From Candidatus Poribacteria bacterium (GTDB taxonomy: Bacteria > Poribacteria > WGA-4E > WGA-3G), in NCBI GenBank assembly GCA_965214095.1, contig OZ243938.1, positions 4,704,001 to 4,768,000 of the forward strand: a DNA stretch of 64,000 nt, given 5' to 3'. Below are positions 49,829 through 60,100 of the stretch, one piece after another (position 1 is the stretch's first letter; each line of letters starts with the position of its first letter). Under the pieces are notes generated by a model. That model was given only the letters and a program-made list of their open reading frames with translations. It had not been told where the DNA came from and ran no database searches. Made by a program: the position numbers and the translations under genes.

Positions 49829-50653
49829 ATGCAGAAATACCATTGTTTAGCCGCGATATTCACTGTTTGTTGTATAGTGTCATTTGTGGGTTGTGCGAAA
49901 ATACAGGAAGAGCCAAATTCCGTTGAAACCAATGCATCAATGGAAGAACCCGCTGATAAACCAAAAGATGTTTTAATTTATATAGGAAGCACATCATGGA
50001 TTACTATTGAACTTGCAGCAGTTGAAGCAAACACGACAAAAAACCTATTGGAATCCAAAGGAATTCAAGCAGCGATTACAGAGAGTGTAGATACGGTAAG
50101 TGAATGGATGATTGAAACAACTGCAAACGGAAAAGCGAATGTATGTATACTCTACGGTGTGATACCTGCAACTATTTATGCTGCAGGAAATACACAGCCT
50201 GAGGGGTCTATTGCAGAAAACTGGATTGAATCTACGGATGGTGATACGTTGCTGAACCACGGTGATTATTTTGGTTACTACAGTTCAGATGAAACACCTA
50301 ACAGCAAAGCAACGCTACAAAATCTGATGGACCTTCCTCATCTTGATATTAATGTAGAGCATTTTGAAGAACTACAGATGCTAATCACTGATAGCGGAAG
50401 AACTTTAACCTCGAGTTTAGTTAGTTTTCAATCAGACAGACCTTTCCCATTGGAACAACTGGACGCTGAATGGTACGCAGAAAAGATATTTGCAAGTGAA
50501 TCTGGAGATGATGAACCAATAGGTGCAGATCCTATTATTCTAAGAGATGGTGATCGTGGTAGAATTGCGATGGTACATCAAACGCATCATGGGAAGAATC
50601 CGAAAGGGGCAGTTGCGGCAGAGATTATCATCAATTATTTAATAACTGAATAG
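49829..50653 (+). CDS. Lipoprotein of unknown function
   Basis: AAGGA RBS; FVGC lipobox; paralog at 63540 shares WIESTDGDTLLN. Confidence 0.8.
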   Translation: MQKYHCLAAIFTVCCIVSFVGCAKIQEEPNSVETNASMEEPADKPKDVLIYIGSTSWITIELAAVEANTTKNLLESKGIQAAITESVDTVSEWMIETTANGKANVCILYGVIPATIYAAGNTQPEGSIAENWIESTDGDTLLNHGDYFGYYSSDETPNSKATLQNLMDLPHLDINVEHFEELQMLITDSGRTLTSSLVSFQSDRPFPLEQLDAEWYAEKIFASESGDDEPIGADPIILRDGDRGRIAMVHQTHHGKNPKGAVAAEIIINYLITE

Positions 50654-51568
50654 GATTAAAAGTTACTCTCAACCAAATCGAACAATCTGTCCTAACAACT
50701 ACGACCTTCATTCAATACAATTCTAATGCTGTTGCCTTCCCAACAGTCCAAAACATCATATAAAAATGTACCATAGAAGATTGGAGCAGACCACTTACTG
50801 CGACAATTTCAAATCCGCCCACGAAGTGGTAAGTTTGCCGCTTGCCGATACAAGTCCTTTTATTCGAACGGTTGCTAACTGCTCTCGTTCTCCCGCGTAT
50901 GATACATCTTCAATCCGATAATAGTAGACAGTATTCGGTTTAGCAGTGTTGTCTGTCCAGGTGTATTCATTGCGTTCAGCTGTTGTGCCAGCACCTTGTA
51001 CCATAGTCGGGTTGACAACCTTGAATTCTCCATCTTTTGTTTGACTACGGTAGATGAAGAATCCCGCATTGTCTACCTCTGATTCGGTTGTCCATTTGAT
51101 AACAACACCTTCCGCAGTCTGTTCAGCTTGGAAACTGGACAGGGAAACAGGCAACACACCGCCAAGTGTATAGCCAGGGTTTCCTACGTCTGTCCGATCT
51201 CCGTAGTAGGTAGACTTACCAAGTTTCGCATCCGTTGCACTTCGCCAACTTGATATTTCAGTGCCTGCAAGAGGGTTACGTGTTTGATGATGATAACGTC
51301 GGAGCATAGAAGTGCGCGCACCATTCTCAGTGGTCCCAGAAGGCAATTCCCATAGTGGTGTATCCTGCGTGTCACTATCACCATCAAGATTGCCAACTGT
51401 GTCTATTATTGCACCATTTCGTGACGATAGTCGTACGAAGAAACCATCTGAAGCGAGAAAAGATTGTCCTCTTACAGAAACCTGAAAATCTCCAAAACGA
51501 AAAGCAAAAAGGTCATAGACACGTCTGTCTGGAATGTTTTGCTTTGATTCTAATGTTTCACTTACTAT

Positions 51569-52568
51569 GAACTCATATTGAGTAAAACATAATAATGCTA
51601 TATAATAGGGAAACACAAGAGTTTATTTATGTCCTATTCTTTCACTTCATATATCTATAACTTATTGAAAGGTGTTGTTATGGCAGACAAGGTTCAAGAG
51701 CCCCTCAGATACAATGGTATTCCGAAGCAGGTTTCACGTAAGGATTTTAATCGTTATATCAAACCTCATCTAAAGAAACGCATAAAAGGTCCCAAACCGA
51801 AACTGTCTTTCTATAAGATATTCAACTATATCCTCTATGTTTTACATACCGGTATTCAATGGGATCAACTCCGCACACGGCGTAATGAACTCCATTGGTC
51901 TAACGTCTATAAATGGCATAATCGTTGGTCAAAAGATGGTTCTTATGAGAAACTTTTTGAAGCATCTGTCATACATCTTCATGATAGTGATCAACTTGAC
52001 ACCTCTTGTTTACATGGTGATGGTTCAAACACTGTTGTAAAAAAAGGGGTGACACCATAGGGTATTCAGGTCATAAACATCAAAAAGGTGAAAAAGAGGT
52101 GGCTATCACCGACAATAAAGGTTTTATCATTGGTCCAATAACCCTCAAACCAGTGAACCAACATGATACAACGATTTTGCCCGAGGCATTGACCGAACTC
52201 ATCTCCTTCAGCAATCGGATTGGCATGGCACTTGATGGTTCCGCGCTAACGCTGGATTCTGGTTTTGATTCCAAGGTGAATCATAAGATTATTAAAGAAC
52301 AAGGACTGATCCCAGTGATCTACCCTAACAAACGAAACACTAAAGAACCTATCGCTATCGCTCGCAAGTTCCGGTGGTTTAGAAAAGATATATACAAAGA
52401 CCGGTATAAAGTAGAGCGAACTTTCGGGTGGCAAGATACTTACCGAAGACTCGTTCTAAGTTATGATAAACTCAAAGAAACACGTTTAGGTTTTCGTAAT
52501 TTAGCATATTCAATGATAAATTTTCGAGCAACTTTCAACGATGCTTAGATGTTACTCGCTATGAGTTC
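51569..52568 (+). mobile_element. IS5-family insertion sequence, 1000 bp
   Basis: 17-bp TIRs GAACTCATATTGAGTAA / GAACTCATAGCGAGTAA; 3-bp TSD TAT at 51566-51568 and 52569-52571. Confidence 0.92.
51680..52548 (+). CDS. IS5-family transposase, orfA/orfB joined by a -1 frameshift
   Basis: YVLHTGIQW...W..WSKDG; A7G4 tract at 52039-52049; LDSGFD and RYKVERTFGWQDTYRRL. Confidence 0.85.
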
Positions 52569-54110
52569 TATAACAACTGTCTGTTTCGGGAAAATAACTA
52601 AACTCTGAAGTTCTTTTTCATCGGATTTATTTTGTCTACCGTCTCGGTATTCATAAGCAAGTTTCCAGCCATTGAGATTGACTGCTTCTGTCCGTGAGTT
52701 GTTGTAGAGTTCAATCCACTGTGGTACATCTCGATTACCGATTTTGTTCGTGAACATGACCTCGCTAATGCTTATTTGTCCACGACGGAAATCTGTTGAT
52801 ATTGTACTGTTATGGTATCCCGGGGTGCCGGGGCTTGTGTCTTTCGGTGCAGTGGGTTGATATCCGATGCCACCTTGATATCTGCTTTCACCCCACGCCT
52901 CAATTGCATAGCCAACATGAGAGATAGCTGACCGTTCCCATGCAGTGTCTTGTGTCAAGGGTTGATCAGCGGTCAACTTGTCGTGGAAATACGTTCCTGC
53001 GACATCTTCAATGTCCTCCAGTGTGTCGTTGCTATTGCGTGCACTCCGCAGATACAGCAGATAGTGGGCGTTCGGCAATATTAGTTCTTCCGAGACGAGA
53101 TAGTGATGTTGCGCGCCTGTCCTGATATCTGGTGTTCTGATATTCAGTCCTCGCAGGAGTGTCGTCTCACTCGGATCGGTATTGGTAATCAGCAGAACAC
53201 CATCAGCAGGTAACGTGTAATCAGGAAATTCTACGATCTCGGTTTCCTCATTGTCAGTGCCATCTTCACGGGTGAGGATGCTAATCTCCCAATCGTTGAG
53301 AGGAATATCGTTCCCGCTGATGTTTCTGAGTTCTATCCAATCATTTTTATCATCAGCAGCGTTACGAATTTCATTGAAAAGCACATTTGTCTGGGCAACT
53401 TGGGATTCGTGAGGTACAGGTGAATCAAACTCAACATCTACTCCAGAAGTAATCAATTGATGGACTTGCGTAACATCTGCAATCGGATTATCCGATATGT
53501 CTAAAACTTCTAAGTTCGTCAATGCTGCGAGTTGATTAATATTTTCAATCCGATTTTCTCTGAGATATAATTCTTCCAGTTCTACCAAGTTCCGAAGCGG
53601 TGTTATGATCTTTATATCATTATATTCGAGGTGTAACTCCACGAGTTTCGTTAACTTGGAAAGTGGCACCAGCCTTTGGATATTATTCTCATTGAGCCTT
53701 AACGTTGTAAGGTTTGTTAGTCCTTCGAGTGGTTTGAGGTTGCTGATTTCGTTGGAATTGAGGGATAGACTTACTAATTTTGTTAAGCCTGCAAGCGGTA
53801 ATAGGTCGCTGATGTTGTTTGTGTTCAGACTCAATCTTGTCAGGTTCGTTGCGTGTTCTAAGCCTGTTAGGTCGGTGATTTCTGCTTCTCTGGCGTTCAG
53901 GGTTATTAATTCCTGCTGTAGTAGTTGTTGTGTGATGGTTGTTTCTTGTGGTATCTCAAGCGTCCTTCGAATTACCGATTCTAAATTGGTGTCGGTAAAT
54001 GCTACCTCTTGTGCGGTGGTAACTTGGTTTAAACTGATGAGAACAATGAGGACACAAAATATAGTGTGCATTCGTTTTATCATATTTTCTCCTTTTCATA
54101 TTGAATAGCG

Positions 54111-54136
54111 GACGGCACACGGAGTGTGCCTGCTAC
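54111..54136 (-). repeat. Single GTAG-REP
   Basis: GACGGCACACGGAGTGTGCCTGCTAC, same family as 44501-44567. Confidence 0.65.
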
Positions 54137-54142
54137 TGTCAC

Positions 54143-57100
54143 CTATTTCCTAATCAACATTTTCCTTGTTTTCGTATAATTACCTGCTTTGAATTTGACG
54201 AAATAGACACCTGTTGACACCTTCTCTCCGAGATTGTTTTTTCCATCCCAATGCGCAGCACGAGTTCGGGTATAATAGACTCCTGCTGCCCGATGTCCCA
54301 ATGCTAAGTCCCTGACGACGACACCTTGCACATTGTAGAAGGTTAGTATGATGTCTGAAGGTTTTGACAGCTGATACGGTATCCACGTTTCTGGGTTGAA
54401 GGGGTTAGGGTAGTTGGGGAGTAGGGATGTTTGAGTGGGATTTGAAATCGCAGGAGCAGCAGTAGGAATTCTAATGTCAAGAATTAAACGTGCACCATCA
54501 GCTTCTATTGCAGCGACGAGTGTGCGGAGAGGTCCGTAATCTGTGATTGAATTTCCTGAAAGAAATAAGTTTCTTAGTGATGTCAAATCTTCAAGAGCAG
54601 AGACATCGCTGATGGAATTGTTAGACAGATCGAGCCTTGTCAAGGAAGTCAACCCTGATACTGCTGATATATCGCTGATGGAATTGTCATACAGCCAGAG
54701 CCTTGTCAAGGAAGTCAACCCTGATACTGCTGATATATTGCTGATGGAATTGTCACCCAGATCGAGCACTGTCAGTGCAGTCAACCCAGAAAGTGCTGAT
54801 AGATCGCTGGCGGAATTGCCACTCAGATAGAGCTCTGTCAGTGCAGTCAACCCAGAAAGCACTGATATATCGCTGATGGAATTGTAATCCAGATAGAGCT
54901 TTGTCAGTGCAGTCAACCCAGAAACCGCTGATATATCGCTGATGGAATTCTCATCCAGACGGAGTTCTGTCAGTGAAGTCAATCCAGAAAGTACTGATAT
55001 ATCGCTGATCGAATTGCTACTCAGACGGAGTGATGTGAGAGCAGTGAGACCATCAAAATCACTAGATTTCAAGGAGGAAATTGACTTACCACTTAGATTA
55101 AGTGCCGTGATTGCCGCAAGGTGTGTCGCTGTTATGTCGTCTGCAGAATCTATACCATCAACAGTTGCCACAATAGCGTCCTGCACTTGTTGAGTGCGTT
55201 CATTGACTGGGGTTATGGTAACAGGAGGAATTTTAATGTCAAGATTTAAACTTCCACCATCAACTTCTATTGCAGCGACAAGTCGGCGGAGAGGTCCGTA
55301 ATCTGTGATTGAATTTCCTGAAAGAAATAAGTTTCTTAGTGATGTCAAATCTTCAAGAGCAGAGACATCGCTGATGGAATTGTTAGACAGATCGAGCCTT
55401 GTCAACGAAGTCAACCCAGAAAGCACTGATATATCGCTGATGGAATTGTCATACAGCCAGAGCCTTGTCAATGAAGTCAACCCTGATATTGTTGATATAT
55501 CGCTGATGGAATTGTCACCCAGATCGAGTATTGTCAACGTCGTCAACCCAGAAACCGCTGATATATCGCTGGCGGAATTGCCATTCAGATAGAGCGTTGT
55601 CAGTGCAGTCAACCCCGAAAGCACCGATATATCGCTGATGGAATTGTTATCCAGATAGAGCGTTGTCAGTGCAGTCAACCCAGAAAGCACTGATATATCG
55701 CTGATGGAATTGTCATCCAGACGGAGCGATGTCAGTGAAGTCAATCCAGAAAGTACTGATATATCGCTGAGCGAATTTTCACTCAGACGGAGTGATGTGA
55801 GAGCAGTGAGACCATCAAAATCACTAGATTTCAAGGAGGAAATTGACTTACCACTTAGATTAAGTGCCGTGATTGCCGCAAGGTGTGTCGCTGTTATATC
55901 GTCTGCAGAATCTATACCATCAACAGTTGCCACAATAGCGTCCTGTACTTGTTGAGTGCGTTCATTGACTAGGGTTATGGTAGGAGTTGCTGCTTCTACA
56001 GTCACAGAGATAGTCTGCGTTGCAGACAAACTCCCATCACTAGCGGTTACGGTGATAATTGCGCTTCCTACGCTCACAGGTGTAATGGTCACTATGGCAC
56101 CGGATGCACTTGCAGTTGCTACATTATTATTGTTAGAACTCGCAGTATAGGTCAATGTATCATTATCTGGGTCACTGAAGTTACTGGATACGTTCACAGT
56201 TGTTGCCGACTCGTCTACTGTTAGGGTTTGGGATGATATTGCTCCTGCAGTAAAGGGTGCGCGATTTGGAATCGGTGCAGCAGTGACAGTCACAGAAATG
56301 GTCTGTGTTGTAGTCAACTCCCCATCACTTGCTGTCACCGTAATGGTCGCACTCCCAGCACCTACTGGGGTAATCGTGATTTGAGAACCGGACACGGTTG
56401 CCGTTGCTACACTATCATTATTAGAATTTGCTGAATAGGTGAGGGTATCACCATCTGGGTCACTGAAGTTTGCAAACACATTTATGACAATAGCAGCATC
56501 CCTGACAGTCAGCGTCCGTGCAGAAATAGAGCCGATTGCCTCAGGTGAACGATTGCCAACCTGAGCAGCGATGACGGTAACAGAAACTGTTTGCGTTGCT
56601 GTCAAACTTCCATCACTTGCTGTCACCGTGATAGTCGCATTCCCAGCAGCGATAGGCGTAATCGTGATTTGAGAACCCAATGCGCTTGCGGTTGCTACAC
56701 CGTCATCATCTGAATTTGCTGAATAGGTGAGTGTATCACTATCCGGGTCTTGGAAGTTGCTGGAAACATCTATCTGAATAGCAGGCTCACCGACCGTCAG
56801 CGTCCGAGAAGATATTGCTCCGACGGTGATAGGTGCGCGGTTCGCAACGGAGGCAGCAGTCACCGTGACAGAGATAGTCTGCGTAGCAGTCAAATCATTA
56901 TCACTTGCTGTCACCGTGATAGTCGCACTCCCAGCAGCGACAGGCGTAATCGTGATTTGAGAACCGGACACGGTTGCCGTTGCTACATTCGTATTATTGG
57001 AGGTTGCTGTATAGGTGAGAGTATCACCATCTGGGTCACTGAAGTTGCTGGCAACATCGATTTGGATAGCAGAATCACCTATGGTTAGTGTTTGCGAGGA

Positions 57101-60100
57101 TATTGCTCCGACTGTAAATGGTGCGCTGTTCGCAACTGCAACAGCGGTGATGGTAACAGAAATGGTTTGTGTTGTAGTCAGCTCCCCATCACTTGCGGTA
57201 ACCGTGATGGTTGCACTTCCTGTCCCCACTGGCGTGATGGTGACCGTTGAACCTGATGTGCTTGTAGTTGCCACATTGTCGTCATTTGAGCTTGCTGAAT
57301 AGGTGAGCGTGTCATTATCTGGGTCACTGAAGTTGCTGGAGACATCGATTTGGATAGCAGAATCACCTATGGTTAGTGTTTGCGAGGATATTGCTCCGAC
57401 TGTAAATGGTGCGCTGTTCGCAACTGCAACAGCGGTGATGGTAACAGAAATGGTTTGTGTTGTAGTCAGCTCCCCATCACTTGCGGTAACCGTGATTGTC
57501 GCACTTCCTGTCCCTACTGGCGTGATGGTGACCGTTGAACCTGATGTGCTTGTAGTTGCCACATTGTCGTCATTTGAGCTTGCTGAATAGGTGAGCGTGT
57601 CATTATCTGGGTCACTGAAGTTGCTGGAGACATCGATTTGAATCGCAGAATCCCCGACGGTCAACGTCCTGTCAGAAATTGTGCCAACTGCCACCGGTGT
57701 CCGATTTGGATCCACAACGGATACAGAAATGGTTTGTGTAGCAAAAAGCTTCCCATCGCTTGCCGCTACCGAGATAGTTGCATTTCCTGCACTCACGGGG
57801 ATAATTGTTACTTGGGAATCAGACACGTTCGCAGTTGCAATACTTGTGTTGCTGGAACTTGCCGAATAGGTGAGCGTGTCATTATCCGGATCACTAAACT
57901 TGTCAGAGACATTTACCGATACTGACGATCCGCCACCTATCAGTGCCTGTGCGGAAATCGTGCCGACAGTGGTAGGCGCGCGATTCGCTGCTATCACAGA
58001 TACAGAGACAGTCTGTGTTGCTGTCAACTTTCCATCGGTTGCCGTTACTGTGATTGTTGCGTTTCCAACGCTTTTCGGTGTGATTGTCAGTTTGGCCTCT
58101 ATCATGGTTGCCGTTGCTACAATCGTGTTATTAGAGTTTGTGGTGTATTTGAGATTGTCATTGTCTGGATCACGAAATTTACTTGACACATCAATCTCTT
58201 CAGGTGCATCTCCGACGGTTAACGTCAACGCAGAAATCGTCCCGACTGCCAATGGTGCTTGATTTGGGTCTATTACAAAAACCGAGACAGTCTGTGTTAC
58301 TGTAAGGGTGCCATCGTTTGCGGTAACCGTAATGGTCGTGCTGCCTGCTTTTTTCGGTGTGAGTGTCACTTGGGATTCAACTACGGTAACCATTGCAATG
58401 TTGTCATCACTAGAACTTGCCTGATACGTTAATGTGTCGTGGTTATCATCAATGAAGTAATTAGACACTCCCAAAGACTTTGGTGCACCGATATTCAAGG
58501 TCTGTGTTGGAATTCGACCACGTCTACGAGGCGATACATTATTTATAGTTATCTGAATAGGTTCTGAGCTGTTGTTGTCTGTGTTTGTTTCATTAGAGAG
58601 ACCGTCTACATAGACAAAGCAGTAGAATTTACCGGATGTAAAAGGAGTGCGGATCTTTGAAAACTGTATAGTAGTTGACCTACTTGTATTTAGACTGCTT
58701 ATGTCGGCAATTTGAACTTCAGAATCATCATATTCCGAAAAGGTTTGATCTGCGGAGATATAAATCCGTGCCGTTGTTGACGCTGCACTGTCCGTCCCCT
58801 TATTTCTGAGGGTTGCATTCAATGTAAACTCACCTTTGGGATTGATACCAGTTGTTTGTCCTAATAAGTCGACTGATACCGATTCCACAACTAAGTCCGA
58901 CCCGCGCACATTGATTAAGATGCAGTTTGAGCAGTTATTACCCGTGTCATCTTCACCTGTAACGCTGTCAACACAGGCAAAGTAATAATATTGTCCGGGT
59001 TGACTTGGTGCTCGGACACCAAGTTCTTCTTTGTCTGAATCCCCTTGAGTGAGATGTCTCACAGAACCTGTCGCGAGTAATTGATCATTTGATGAAACTG
59101 TCGTATCCGAGGAGAGATAATACCGGACTGTTGTTGAATTTAATGTATCTGCTTTTCCTTGATTGTGGATATTCGCTGTCAAATTAATGTATTCATTTGG
59201 ATCAACCCAATTGCTGTTTGATGAAAGTGTAACAACCAAGTCTGGCGACACCGCAACTTCAACGGGTGTTATCACATTTCCCACAGTGATTGCGATTGCC
59301 CCAGAACAATTGTTGTCTCTATTACTCTCATTTCTTACATCCGACACACATGCCCCGTAATAATAGACACCCGGCTTAGAGGGTGCGATTAAACGAATGG
59401 ATTCATCACTAGTTTCATTTGCGCCTAATCTGGACACAGTTTCATCATCAAGCCATTTGTCACTTGTGGAAATACGTGCATCGGAAGAGCGGTAATAATC
59501 CAACGTGGCTGAGGATGAAGGTTCACCGAATCCGATATTACGGACAGTGGTTCTCAACGTAAACGAGTCGCCTGGGGCAAAAGTCGTTCTATTTCCAGAA
59601 AGCAAAATGGAGTCAACGATATAGTCGGGGGTTCCGACAACTCGGACGCGTTCCTCCTTCGCTAAGTTATTACGTATTGCATCTTCATCAAGATGATCCG
59701 TATTATCAGATGCGTGTATATTACTTGGTAGAAGTGCACCATAGTAATAAGAATCAATTGCTGTAGGAACATCTACTCTGTAGGTTAATGTTTCAGTTCT
59801 ACCTTCGCTAATAGATGGGACACTCAGTCTCCATCCACCACGCAAATCACTATCATCTGCTAAGTCCTCAAGGTCAGAATGTCGATTCTCTGAGTAATAA
59901 ATGTAGACATCTGTTTGCGCAGACGCACCGGGACCGTTGTTTTGTATTTCAATTTCTAATTCAATTTTCTCACCTGGAGCTACCTCATTATCACTTACAT
60001 TAAGGTTTCGGATTTCCAGATCTGGTGGACGACGAAATAGTAACTGATACCCACCGACAACTTCTGTGCTCCAACCATCCAATCCCTCAGTATTCCAGTC

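Larger units (their letters stand above)
50795..54083 (-). pseudogene. LRR + lamin-tail-like domain exoprotein interrupted by IS5
   Basis: Removing the IS and one TAT restores the frame KQTVVI-VSETLESK. Contains LRRs, FNEI...DWIELRN, ISEVM...QWIELYN and the tail GKLTTSWADLK. Confidence 0.88.

Noticed and set aside
51569-51616. Start of the 273-aa ORF as an independent gene
   Set aside because: Its first codons lie inside the IS end. The remainder is the 3' half of the interrupted gene.
54543-58262. Repeated plus-strand ORFs of 83-130 aa
   Set aside because: Antisense shadows of the LRR and Ig repeats of the adhesin.
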